Assembly (NCBI GenBank): GCA_001643675.2
Contig: LSRY02000012.1
Location: 806,001-870,000 of the forward strand
Reading direction: 5' to 3'
Source of the DNA: Monocercomonoides exilis PA203
Lineage: Eukaryota > Protista > Preaxostyla
Length of the DNA stretch: 64,000 nucleotides
Shown in pieces: positions 27,937-40,800 of the stretch. How positions within the stretch are numbered: position 1 is the first letter of the stretch; each line of letters opens with the position of its first letter. Below the pieces are notes generated by a model. It saw only the letters and a list, made by a program, of their open reading frames with translations. It was not told the origin of the DNA and made no database searches. The translations under genes were made by a program, and so were the position numbers.

Positions 27937-28005
27937 AATGATGATAATGATAATGATGATGTTGATGATGATAATGATGATGATGATGGAGATGATGACG
28001 AGGAA
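27820..28005 (+). repeat. GAA/GAG/GAT trinucleotide tract (poly-E/D) in an unidentified host-gene relic
   Basis: Seen directly; explains the overlapping low-complexity ORFs at 27654-28199. Confidence 0.85.
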
Positions 28006-28841
28006 ATGAAGAGCGAAACATGATCAGGAAACGAAAACAAAAGTGGAAGTTTAACTGAAACGGAGATGGAAAAAGGATTGTTCAGACAAGACATGATGCA
28101 AAAAGTCAGATGGTCGGAAATCCAACTTGAAAGATTCTTCTTCATCGTTTTCATCTTCTTCCTCTTCCTCTTCATATTCCACTTCCTTCTGTTCTTCAAT
28201 AAACAAAGGAGATTATTGTATTCTCCAGAAAAAAATATTACATCTTCATCTTTCTTTTGAAATATTCATCTTTTCACTTCTTGTATTTCACATCATTTAT
28301 CCCACCTTCTTCAAGTCTTTTCTCTGAGGTCATCTCTTCAATGAAAAAAATGATAAAACTTCATATAATCGATTCAAATGTTCAATGGATAATACGCTTC
28401 AAAAACGGATTAGAAAATGAAGCACAAAAATCCCAAAATCTGTGTTGAGTGCTTGTTTTGCATGAAAAAGAAGATAAATATGAAGAAAAATCTTTGTCTT
28501 GAAATCCCTGTGCAAGGAAAAAAACGGAGAAGACGACTCCAATAGGCTTCAATTGTGTTTGAACAGCAGTTTGTTTTTTTTATCCTTAAAGCATTTTTTG
28601 ATGATTGATTGTCAAATGTTTGAATCCTTCTTTTTTAGTTTTGCTGTATCCTCTCCATTCATCGCTCCACACGGTCGCCCCAGCATGCAAATGCCTTCTT
28701 ACCACTCCCGTCAAGCATATTGATGATCGATCGTCCACTTTTTTTAAAAAAGATTTAGGATTTTTGATATTTCATTTAATTCCACCAACAAATGTATATA
28801 CAGTCAAAACCGGATATAATCACATCGGTTTTTGCAGGACT

Positions 28842-30317
28842 GGCATATGCACACTTAACAGCAATTTCTAATTCTTGCATATTTCGTTTGTTTATTGCTT
28901 ATGAACATTATTTGTGATGTTTTGAGTTGTTAAAAACATGCGGAAGTTCATTAAAATGAAAATTTAATTTTTCAAAAATTATGAAAATGGGTCAAAATTT
29001 TTGACAAAAAATAAATAAAAAACATTATAAAAAATCAAAATAAAATAAAAAAGTTAATCTTTATGAGTTTTCTGAATGCTCAGAGGCAGATAAACCATCG
29101 CCTGAATCAATATTATCGGTTTCACTTTTTTCGCTGTCATTGGAAATAAGCAAATCATCCAAATCAGGTATTTCTTCTTCATTTTCTTCTGTTTCTTCAT
29201 CTTCTTCAGCTTATTCTATTTTCTTTTCTTTGTAGAAAATAATTTTAGATACAAATTCTTTAAATCTCACAATCTTTCTCTTATTAATCATCCAAAAAGC
29301 AAGTTGATCAGCAACATATTTTTCTCGAATTCCATTGGGAGGAAAAAATCTTCTCATATGGCTCCATAATCCTTCGATTGTATTTGTGCATGCGTGAGTT
29401 TCTTCATCATAAAATTTTCTCTTGTGGCACACTGTTAGATGATTGTATCCTAGACGAGAAAGAGATGAATAAGCTTTCCATTCATGTGACATTATTGTTG
29501 AATGAGGCAGAATGTGCTTTTGAATGATAGGAATCAACGTCGAAGCAGAACGGTCTGGTTCAATCATAACAAAAAAATTCCTTGTTTCATCCATTTTATC
29601 TTTCTTTCGCTCCACTGCACCAAAGACCCACATTTGTTTCTTTCTTCTTCCTCTATGATATTTTCTTCTCCTCAAAACACATTCATCTATCTCCACAATA
29701 ATGTTTTCGCCTCCAAGAATAGTCTCATTCTGATTTATGATGTCCATCGCGCAACATCTCATAACAGATGACCAATATGCAACAGGGTTCCTATGTATCC
29801 CCCACGTTTCAGAACAAAATTTTTCACAAGCCCCATTCCAAATAAATAGGATAATTAACAAAATCACATTTATTGGTATCCTGCTTCGATAAAATGACGT
29901 ATTCTTGTATGCAGATTGTCTATTGCTGCATTTCCTGCAAACCCACATCATCCTTCCATAGTAACGCCGTAAATCCATTTCAATTCTGTGCCTTCTGCAT
30001 TTTGGCTTGTTTTTGATGATTTTCTCAAATATCCATTTTTCTGATTTCTCCGAATTGAGAAACAATCTGAATCATTTATTTGTTGTTCTTCCTGGAATAG
30101 CAAGTGAATAGTCTGAATCAGACACTTCTTCCATGAAATTTTTGATATATGAATGATCAAAAATCCCATAAATATGTGAAAACAACAGATTTCAAAAATC
30201 AAAAAATCATGGTTTCCGCACATATTTTGTTCATGAAATATGCACTAAATAACTCACTTTTTATATATAAACTGTTTTTTCATTGTTTTGAAAATTGCTG
30301 TTAAGTATGCATTTGCC
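28842..30317 (-). mobile_element. Merlin (IS1016/ISXO2-like) DNA transposon, structurally complete
   Basis: 26-bp TIR ggcatatgcacacttaacagcaattt (2 mismatches); 8-bp TSD GCAGGACT at 28834-28841 and 30318-30325. Confidence 0.93.
29211..30065 (-). CDS. Merlin/ISXO2-like DDE transposase (probably inactive)
   Basis: Zn-ribbon CRRH..CRKC, GGENIIVEIDE, WVFGAVER, MSHEWKAY (catalytic D to H), TNTIEGLW. The frame likely ran 30134-29061 and has a premature TGA and TAA. Confidence 0.9.
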   Translation of the reverse strand: MFLNSEKSEKWIFEKIIKNKPKCRRHRIEMDLRRYYGRMMWVCRKCSNRQSAYKNTSFYRSRIPINVILLIILFIWNGACEKFCSETWGIHRNPVAYWSSVMRCCAMDIINQNETILGGENIIVEIDECVLRRRKYHRGRRKKQMWVFGAVERKKDKMDETRNFFVMIEPDRSASTLIPIIQKHILPHSTIMSHEWKAYSSLSRLGYNHLTVCHKRKFYDEETHACTNTIEGLWSHMRRFFPPNGIREKYVADQLAFWMINKRKIVRFKEFVSKIIFYKEKKIE

Positions 30318-31493
30318 GCAGGACTTTTTGTGACTATATCCGATTGTGATTATAAGCGATGTGACTAAACACAGAAAAAAATGAAATTTTATTTTTGAAA
30401 TAATTAATTTTGGGTCAATTTTTTTATTTTTGAAAAAACTTGACAAATACCCATTTTTCAATAGAAATAACAATTTTTATTGTTTTATCATGTTATTCAG
30501 ACTTATTTAAACATTATTTTAAAAAATCGATTTTTTGAAATTTTTGATCAAAAAACCGATTTTTCATTGAAAAAATCACCCATAATAATTTTAAATGTGA
30601 TTATATATTTTCATCCCTGTGATTATATTCGATGGAAAATGAATGAAAAACTAGCAAAAAATGTCGGTGCATCGAAAAATGTGACTATAGGCGAATGTGA
30701 TTGTATTCGATGTGATTATATCCGGTTTTGACTGTATTTGTTTTTTTTTTTGTTTCCCTTTTCAAAATTTTCTTCTTCTTTGTTACATTTCATCGACTTG
30801 AACAGTGTAATTATTTCCTCCAATTCTTCTGTTTTTTCCTTTAATCATTTCATGTGCTGCCTTGCGAAATAGATTAAAAAGAATGCAAATAGTGTAACAG
30901 CTTGCTTTAGAAAAAAAAGATGTGCGCATCACATCGACATTAATCCACCATAGCAGCATGATTTTCATTCAAGTCGAAAACAATAATTTCGAATACGAAA
31001 ATATAGAATTGTGTCTTATTGATAAAAATTGACATTTGCATTTGCATTTAACGATATTTTTCGTGCAATAAATGATTCTTGGTGACTTTTTGCATTTTGT
31101 GCACATATTTTCTGATGGAAATAATATGAGCAATAACAGCAATTCAATTGTTTTCCTTTTGTTTGAAAAGGATTTCTATAGTGTTGATCTATCTATTTTT
31201 GTGTCACGAAAAATTGTCATATAACAAGAATCAAAAGGTTTTGGAAAAAAATCTTTACAAATATCAAATAAACAAAATTTTCAAATCTGTCAAATACAAG
31301 TAAATGCAATGGGATAGATCAAAAGAAAAATGGAAAATAGTTAAAAAAAACACATTTTCGACATATATAACTTATTTAGATAAATTAATATTTCGTATTG
31401 TTTCGTTACAAAAATTTGAAAATTTTAAATAGATGGTTCATATTCTTGGAACTTATCGAAAAGAATTTATTTATTACAATTTTTTAAAGTGTT

Positions 31494-31536
<43 letters not shown>

Positions 31537-31582
31537 TTACCTTTATTTTGATGTGAAATATAAATATATTTATTTATTTATA

Positions 31583-32031
31583 CCGTTTAAACCGGATATA
31601 ATCATGTCAAATAAAATTACATTCGTTTAAAGTCACATTTTTCGATGCGCCGACATTTTTTACCGAATTTTCATTCATTTTCTATAGAATATAATCACAG
31701 AGCTATTAATGAATAATCACATTTTGTATTATTACGGGTTCTTTTTTCAATGAAAAATCGATTTTTTGATCAAATTTTTCAATTTTTTTATTTCACAAAA
31801 ACACATTTATAAAAGTCTGAATGATTCAAATAAATGATGAAAATTGATTTCGCTAGTGAAAAATGAGTGTTTGTGATGAATTTTCAAAAATGGTAAAATT
31901 GACACAAAATTAATTATTTCGAAAATTAATTTTTATTTTTTTCTGTGTAATGTTTCATCGTTTATAATCACAATAGGATATTGTAACAAAATGTCGTACA
32001 AAACCGATGTGATTATATCCGGTTGTGATTG
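31583..32031. mobile_element. pogo-type MITE, second copy (449 bp)
   Basis: ccgtttaaaccggatataatca ... tgattatatccggttgtgattg; TA flanks; reverse-complement homolog of the 28801/30734 MITE. Confidence 0.85.
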
Positions 32032-32249
32032 TAATCATTATTGAAAACACAAATGACGAATCCATTTTACTATTATTTTTCTTATTCCTAATTTTATTTC
32101 AATCACATTGATTTTTTTGTTTTCATTTTCTGATCATCTTCTTTCACTTCTATTTTTCTTTTTCTTTTTTTTTTTTTTTTTATTTCAGCCAAAGATTCAA
32201 ATTCATTAATTTTTTTTTATTCCACTTTATTTTGTTTCATCTGAAGATT

Positions 32250-33660
32250 CCATTTTATCATCGACTTTTTCTTCTTCTTTTATTCCTAAACGTTCACTCC
32301 AATCACTCAGAAGCTTCTCGTCAGTAATTAACTTGCCATAGAAGTCGAATCGATTTGAATGTGATGAAGGTTGAAATTCCGATGTTTCTGGAAGCTTCAT
32401 AAGAATCGGTCCAGATTCGTTATGAAGTACTCCACTGGATGCAAAGGCATTTATAATAACAACAAGAGAGAGGGCGGTATGAATTGCTTGATGGAGAACA
32501 TTTACAAATGCTGTTTTTTTTATGAAGACATCGACGAAGATGGAGGATCATATTTTGTTTGAAGTTCTGTTTTGAGAACAGCGAAGACTTTTCAGTCAAG
32601 CAGCTGGATGTTGTGTGTGAGGAATGAAGGTGACGGCATCCATATTTTCTTTTTGAAACTCTCTCCAGATTGTCGGATCTGCGCGAGAAATGTGTGAGTC
32701 TATGAGAAGCAAGCAGTGAGAGTTTTCCAGTGACATTCGTGTTCTGCGATCGATAATTCCTAGAAGGAGTGTTGAATGCGAATTCTTTTTGAATTGATTG
32801 CAGCCCATCCTACCACTTCTGTTTGGCCAGATATCCAGAATTTGTGATGGCAGCGGCTTCATTTCATCAGGAAGACTCTTGCTAGGCTATAGAATCAAGA
32901 AGGAAGTGCAAATCCATCAGCATTCACATCAGCATCGAGAGAAGGATTCGCTATTTTATGGGTTCTTTACGAAATACTGGATTTTCATTTTTTGGATGAA
33001 CCAGACTCAGCTTAGAATTGGTAGGAACTCTCAGTGAAGACTCATCCATATTAAATATCAGTTCTTTGTAGTATTCATTTTTTTCATGTGAGCCGTCCAG
33101 CAATGAATACCAGGGCTGCAGAACACTTTGGCACGACACCGCAAGGCGATTAACATCAACATTTTTCGGCGAACTTCTTTTCAGTTCAGGATGAAGTTTC
33201 ACAACTTGAAAAGCTGTGGCAATGGAAAGGTTTATGAATAAGGTATCTTCGTCTTATGTATCATTTATCACATTTTCCATCCAATTTATTTTTAATAAAT
33301 AATTAATGATTTAACAACAACAAACCAGTTCGCGAACTTTCCGTATAGGCAAACAGCTTCCAGATCTTGATTCAATGATTATTTCATCCAAAACAATTTG
33401 TTCTTTGTCTCCAATAACAAATTGTGGTCTTCCAACTTTTGACGCCAGCCTTTTGCTTCTCAGCGCCCGTGCAGCATTTTTATACTTTTGTGTGAAAATT
33501 CCATGGAGTTTATGGAGTCTGTCATCCTGACAACTTCATCAACAACAATGCGCTCCATCCGTTCCAGCAGATTGTCAATCCTTCTGTTATCGAAAGATTT
33601 CATTACAGCACTTAATTTCCTTTGTCCAGCAATTCTCTTTTGTTCCAACGCAATTTTCAT
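32250..33660 (-). pseudogene. pogo/Tigger-like (DDE_1) transposase
   Basis: KVGRPQLL, IFNMDESSL, LLLIDSHISRAD...FIPHTQH; frameshifts and stops. Confidence 0.8.
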
Positions 33661-33953
33661 TTTATTTTATGGTTTTGATCTTTTATCTACTTTATGAATT
33701 AATTAATTTTTCTTTAACATTTTTCTTTTATTATTTGTTTTTCAATAATAATAAACTTTGACAAATATTGTTGGCTTTGGAAGAAAAGATTGGACTGTCA
33801 AATACTTTCGTTATATCTAAAACAAAAATATTATTGGTTATTTCTCTCTGTTTCATTTTTGATCGAAAAATTATATGTTTTTTATTTTTTTTAGTATTGA
33901 AAGAAATTTTTTTTTATGAATTCACTGTTTTTGCATCATTTGAATGTGATATT

Positions 33954-34193
33954 GGGTGATTCTTTTTGAAAAGTCACAAATGTTCAATTTTCAAAAAAAT
34001 CTAAAATTTCATATTTTGCAAAAATATTTTGTTTACAAATATCAAACTCTTCTTAAATGGAATCAATAACTTGATAATGCTATTTCAAACATTCTTGAGG
34101 AGATTTGTGAGCTGAAATAGATATTTGAGCAAAATATGAATATATGATTTATTTGAAAATCAAACATTTGCGACTTTTCAAAAAGAATCACTC
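33954..34193. mobile_element. MITE family C
   Basis: gggtgattctttttgaaaagtcacaaatg / catttgcgacttttcaaaaagaatcactc; terminus resembles the TIR of the 42801 Sola. Confidence 0.85.
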
Positions 34194-34302
34194 ATATACT
34201 CTTTTTGATTTCAAGCATTATCAAAGTCAAAAAAAAACTGCTTTTCTCTCACAAAATATAAAGTCACCTAGGAAAAATGAAAAGGAAAAAAACTTTCATA
34301 TA

Positions 34303-34920
34303 ATGGATAGTTTAAATAATTTGGTGAATAATTTTAACATTTATTAACTTTTCAATTTATTTTATTCAAACTTCTTATAAAAAAGATCAAAAATCAATTT
34401 TCATCTTTTTTTATTTGTGATTTTTTTGAGTCATTAATGCTTAACATGTTATCTTTGTTTCTTGTAAAAAAGATAATGTTTTCGAAGAAAAGCTTTTGAC
34501 ATTTTGAACAGATCCGTTAATAATTTTAAAAAAAAGCTCCACTCCATATTCAAACAATGATTCTGCAAACTTTTGTACGAAATATTTCAATGAAAGATAT
34601 AAATAAAATTCGGTGATAACATCACTCAAGGAAAAGTTAACCACTCCAACAGAATACACAGAAAAAATCAAGGAATGGTTACCCAAGCTCAACCTCCAAC
34701 TATTCCTCAAAGCATAAGAGGTTTTATGTTATCATTTTTCAGTATTTAAAATATAATTTAATTTAATTTTTAAGGATTGAGTGATTAAAAAATATGAAAG
34801 AGGAAACAGTTGGATGCAATCATATTAAAGTGAATAATCAACTCCTATATCTTTTTCCATCAAACGAAAGAAAAACGATTATTTTGAAAAACTCATCAAA
34901 AAGGAGGAAATGAACTAAAA
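34303..34920 (+). pseudogene. Sola-transposase N-terminal relic
   Basis: MILQTFVRNISMKDI/KFGDNITQGKVNHSNRIHRKNQG...[intron 34721-34774]GLSD...YERGNSWMQSY, homologous to the 16.9-17.2 kb and 43.2-43.5 kb regions. Confidence 0.6.
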
Positions 34921-36045
34921 AAATTAAATAAAAACCAAAATATAAATATAAATAATTAACGAAAAATAATCAGTGAAAGTCAAAAATAGCTTTGAGGAAA
35001 AAATTTTCAATTGTTTGAGAAATTCAGATGAACAGAACCAGATGTTAACAAGGATTATTATTGCACAATTTATTGAAAACATATTTTTCAATTCATTTGT
35101 ATTGAAACTTTTATCATTTTTTGTAAGAATCTCGAACTTTTTGTTAAAGTAAAAACATTCATTCACATTTCTTTAATTATTCCATAACCTCAACACACCA
35201 ATTATAACTAAAAAGTTCAGTTTAAATAATAATATAATTTTGAAAACAAAAAAATGAAAAAAATATAAACAATTTAAATATAATTTTTTCTATTTTCAAA
35301 CTCAATCAACAACAGAAAATTAAAAAAATAATTATCACAATTCGTTCATCATAATACAATTTTGTTAATCTAATAAAAATAATTATTCACAAAATTATAA
35401 ACCATAAGTTTTAAAAAGTTTTATTTCTAATTTTCAAAACTTAATTAAAATTATTAAAATAATAATGATATACAAATTATTTATTTAAAATAAGTTCGAA
35501 AGTTAATTGAAATATTATTGCTTTATATATCTAGATTTTAAGATACTTATAAGTAATATTTCTCATTTTGAATAACTTAATATAAAAAATATATGATAAA
35601 TAATAAAGAGTTATTTGTTATTTTGAAACATTTTAATAAACAAATTATAGAAAATTATATTTATTATAATTTTTATGGATATTACAAATAATTTTAAATT
35701 AGTTATCTAAAATTATTTACTTAAAAAAGTTAATGATGAAGAAGTTAATATTCTATCAAATTGTGTTATTTTTTCAAATATTAAATAATGTTTATTATTT
35801 GTGAACTTTAATTATAATATTTTCCATAATGAAATTTTTTATTTTTATTGATTGAGTGAATAGTTATTTTGTTTCTTAATGTTAAAGTGATAAAATATTA
35901 AATATATTTATTAAGAAAAATGTTTATTGTTTTTATTAGTTTAAAAAAAGAAAAAGGTTGAGAAAGTTTAATTAAATATGATAAAAATTTTGGATTTGAA
36001 AGTTATTTTTGATATAAATTGAATTCGATCATTTTAGGTGAGATA

Positions 36046-36441
36046 CAGTTTGTGCAAAAAATACCGGACAACGCACAAAATGCCGGACAAGATCGATTTC
36101 TCTGAAACTGCAAGAAATATTATTTTGACAATTTTCCTCAAAATATATCTCATTGATATAAACTCAAATGATATTCAAAACTTTCAAAATAGCCTCATTT
36201 GTACTCTGAGAAAATTATTTCAAAAATCTCATTAAAACTCAAAATCCTATTTCTCTGAGATTTTTGAAATAATTTTCTCTGTGCACAAATGAAGCTATTT
36301 AGAAAGTCTTTTATGTCATGTGAGTTTGTGTTGATGAGATGCATTTTAAGGAAAATTATCAGAATTTTTCTTCTTGCGGTTATTGAGATATCGATCTTGT
36401 CCGATATTTTGTGCGATGTCAGGCATTTTTTGCACAAACTG
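36046..36441. mobile_element. Tc1/mariner-type palindromic MITE (~190-bp arms)
   Basis: cagtttgtgcaaaaaa ... ttttttgcacaaactg; arms pair inward to aaaatctca/tgagatttt; flanks TA/TT. Confidence 0.8.
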
Positions 36442-37848
36442 TTTATTGATTTTTTTTAAATGAAAATTATTTTTTTCACTTTTTTGATTTATTTATTAGA
36501 TATTCTTGAAATATGGAAAATGAATGATTGTTTTATGTTTTATCAAAAAATGAATAAGGAATATTTTCTCTCATTTCGGATCGAGATGGAGAAAAAGTGG
36601 AAACCGATATATTTTCAATAATGAACACATTGTCAGAGAGCTATTCAGAGAAAATGAAAAAATAAAGCTGAAAAGAGGTGATTGAAGATTTTTCCATTCA
36701 ATCGATCATTTCTTCGAAAGAAGTGAAAAGCATTAGATTATTTTCAAATCATCAATTCAAAGAAAAAAAGATGAAGGATCTATTTGCTTCAACACTATCG
36801 ACAGAGAGGCAGAAAGAAGGGCTGGAAGAATAAAAGAAAACTAGCACGGAACACAGACAAGCACACTGGAATTCGGTTTGACATTCGTCAAGACCAGCTA
36901 GTTACGATAGAAGAACAGCTCACAGAGAGATACAGAAGCCCAATTTGCCAGCCATTTTTTCGAGCAGTCCACAGGTTGTTCGGTCAAAGAAGAAGCACTT
37001 TCGCTCCAAGGACAAGCAGAAGAACCTCCTAGGGACGATTACGGGGGATAGGGAAAGCTTAGATAAGGATCCATTATTGGTTGGAGGAAGAACAGCCCTT
37101 AATGTGGAAGAATGGGAAAAGATAGGGGGAGCAAACTTGATAAGAAGAGGTGTAAAACCTGTATGGAGAAGCAAGAAAGCACGACAAGGACTTATCTTCA
37201 ACGAACAAAAGGTTCACAGCCCATTACAGTCACAAGAAGCTACACAAGCTCTGAGAGACATTGAGGAGGAACAACTCCGTTCGAGCATTGTGAAGCAGAT
37301 TCCCAAGCATCACGTCAAATATATCAGCCCAGTGTTTGTAATCCGGAAGAAGAACGGAACATGAAGACAAATCATAGATTGCAGAAGGCTCAACGAGGCA
37401 ATGAATACTCTTCACTTCAAACAAGAAAACCACCGTTCGGAAGAAAGAATATTGTGCAAATGAGGTTTTGCAGTGATATTTGATTTGAGCCAAGCGTTCA
37501 ACTTGATAAAGGTTACGGCAATTTTTCACCCTTTCTCTCATTCGAATTCGAAGGAAAATTTAACTACCGCACAGGCATGCTGTTTGGTTTCAATGATGCT
37601 CCAACGATATTCACAAAGGTGATGAGGAAAGTTGAACATTCATAAGAGAAAGATACAATGTGAGAATGATTGCATACCTGGACGATGTAGTACTACTCCA
37701 TCAGGATCCACGAGAACTGAGAAACATCACCGGAGAAGTGATGAATCTGTTTCAGAGGTTGGGACTTCTTATAAACATAGAGAAAAGCAAGTTGGAGCCT
37801 GCACAACATTTCCAATTCTTGGGCTTCTTTTGGAACACAAGAGAATTC

Positions 37849-40800
37849 GGCATAGGTTCAAACGCGTTCCTTTTGCAATTTGCGTTTTTAAACCCTCAAA
37901 TTATAACGAATTAATAGATAATAATTATTTAAAAACTTTTTATGGACCGATTTTTCGAAAAAAATTTTTATTGTTGAAAAAAATGATTTTTGAAAAATGA
38001 CCCATAAAAACATGAATTTCATAAATAATTATTCAAATTTTAAAGAAAACGTGATTTTTACACATCAGAAGTGTTTGCATTATTATATAGACTTATTTTA
38101 TTTGTTAATTTTCATCATTAAAAATATAAATCATAAATAAAAAATTTATTTAAATATCTTTGATCTAACCCACAATAAATTTTAAATATCTGGAAAACTT
38201 GAATATGCTGTTTTGGTTAAAATAGAACCTAAAAGTGTGTAATTCGTTCACTTTTACATGTTAATTTAAGCATATTATTATATGCACACTTGTAAAATAT
38301 CGAAACAAGCTCTTTTTTTCAATCAGATTTACATGTGCTTTTTGACTTGTATGTTTTCAAGCTGCAAGAAAAAATTTTCAAATTAATTGCAATGGAATGG
38401 ATAATGTTTGTAAAAACTTATGAAGTGTGACAAATGTTTATTTTGATTAATTATGTTGAAAAATAACATATATTTTTTTTTTAACTATGAATTTAGAATT
38501 TCTCTTTTTAAATGCAATGCAACCGGAGATTATTTGGTTTATTTAATCTTTGAAGTGTCCAAATCATTTGGAGTTGAGAATAATTGAGAATTTGTTTTTA
38601 ATGAGTTAATTTTTTTATTCTTTTCATTTTTTTGTTATTCATAAAATGTTTCAGATTTAAATTGAAATGTTTTTAATTTTAACAATAAAAAGCGAGTTCA
38701 GGGTTTTTTGTATTTTTAATTTTGAAACTGTTTTTAAAATAATTTTTGAAATGTATTCAACATATATATTAAAATAATTTCATTCTCAAAATTGAAAATA
38801 AAACAAAAATCGAAAATGAATAAGATATTTAAAAACATACAGCTCTTTCAAAACTATTAAAAACATTAACATCATAAAATTTGCAACAAAAAAAAATTAA
38901 GTTAATTGCAGTTTCAACAAAGAGAAGAAGTCTCAATAAATAATGTTAAATGTTTTCTGATTCAATTCTTATTCTTTCTCCACTCATTGTTATTCCACCT
39001 TCTGATGAATTCGAGATTGTTGTGTCTTTCATCAAAACAGAACTATTAGTGATATCCACAACAGATCCATCCCACTTGCACATCTATTTATCTTCTGCAT
39101 TCAAATGATATTCATTTCTTTCCTTTGAACTCCCATTAAAAAGGCTATTGTCTATTTTCACATCCAAGCATTCACAAATCTCCATCATTCTTCACTTCTC
39201 TTTTGTGCTCCGACATTTCACAAAGGAACAGTTCAGCACACTCATTCTCTTTTCGGCTCCTTCCATCTTCATCACACTCTCATTCCCCAAAACCGAGATA
39301 TTCACTCCCTCAACCATCGTCATCTCAACTTGCACACTCCCTCCGACACAAATCAAACCACATTCACTCATTACATCCCAAACTCCAATCTCACTCATCG
39401 AAACCTTTCCCTCTTATGTCATTGATAGAAGTTGTTCTGTGGTGTGAATCCCCTCAAATGCTGTTTCTGTCATCTTCAGCTCTCCACTCTCCACACTCAC
39501 AATCCTGCTCTTCATCACTTGCCCTTTCCCACCTGAGCTGAACAAACACTCCGAAATCTCCAATCTCCAATCCTTCTCTTTCACAATGCTTTCCCCATCC
39601 CACCCAAACATCTACCCAAACGCAAATACACATCTCTCCACAACACACTCATCAACAAAAACAATCACACTTCCTCCATTCATTTCATCTTCTTCAATCA
39701 TTGCATTGAAATGAATGGTTGCCTGCGCTCTCTTCAATGATTTCACATTCAAATCTCCAATCTCACATACTCCCCCAATCGGACATTCTCCATCAATCAG
39801 AATCATATTCGTAACACTCATTTCAATATGTCAAACTCCCGAGCAAATGATTTTCGTTCTTCTCCCGTGCATCGCACTATCTGTTATCTCTCCACTGTGC
39901 GATACAGACGTTGCAATGCGAGCTAAGCCTGTTGAAAACATCAAATAAACCTTTATCCCCGTTCCATTTCCATTCACACACTCACACCCTTCAATTGTTG
40001 TATTTTTCACCACAAATGTCTCTCCTGCCTTCACACTTTTTTGTCATCACAACTCCATCACATGTTGTCCGATTCACATTTCGAATTGTCAAATTCCCCA
40101 GTAAACTTTCTCCTGAAAACTGTTCTGCTGTGATGGATCGGCTAACAGAAGTTGATTCACATTTTCATTTTTTTATCTCAACGTCATCCATCTTCAGCTA
40201 CCTCAATGCAACTTCAAATACAGGTGCTGTTATAACACTTCCTCCAATTGCTCCTGAGATCACCACATCCTTCAGCGAAAGAGTCCTGTTCCCCACATCC
40301 ATAACAAACACACCTGACGATGAGATCCTTGCCGTGTTGTAATCCATTCTATTTCCTCCAGTTCTATCAACAATCACATTTCTTCTTATTGAACACAAAC
40401 GCACAAGCAGTGCAATTTTATCTCCTTCATTCCCATTTTCATTCCCATTCTTCTTCAGCACATATGATGGAATTGTCAGTGGAGTGGAAAAATTCCAATG
40501 AGTTTGCATTCACTTTTGATCCCAACAACATGTCACTATCATCTTATTAAAAACATATTTCAAAAAAATAATATTCAATTGAAATATATCTTCCTAAACT
40601 TTATTCTATCATCAATGATCCTCCTTCGTTGCTCATCTTCGACTTTTACCCTTTTATCCGGCTTCCATTCGTTGCACCCCCTTCTCTTGCACTCCATCCA
40701 AACAGTACTACCACTTCTTCTCTTTTTTCTTCACATCAAATCTTCAATTCCTCATATTGTAACCTATCAAATGAACTTGAAAGACAAATAATTCCTCATT

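Larger units (their letters stand above)
28801..30734. mobile_element. pogo/Tc1-mariner-type MITE (~450 bp when empty) carrying a Merlin insertion
   Basis: 27-bp TIR cagtcaaaaccggatataatcacatcg / cgatgtgattatatccggttttgactg; TA on both flanks; uninterrupted inverted sister copy at 31583-32031. Confidence 0.9.
28690..31200 (-). pseudogene. Old Merlin transposase relic split by the 28801-30734 insertion
   Basis: RIGGNNYTVQVDEM*QRRRKF*KGKQKKKQI | YTFVGGIK*...SFLKKVDDRSS joins across the TA target site. Confidence 0.65.

Noticed and set aside
27654-28199. Poly-S, poly-H and poly-M ORFs (and poly-F/K ORFs elsewhere)
   Set aside because: Alternative-frame artefacts of trinucleotide and homopolymer tracts.
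35150-36000. Possible leucine-rich-repeat gene relic in an extremely AT-rich stretch
   Set aside because: No open frame or countable repeat period; composition alone can mimic it.
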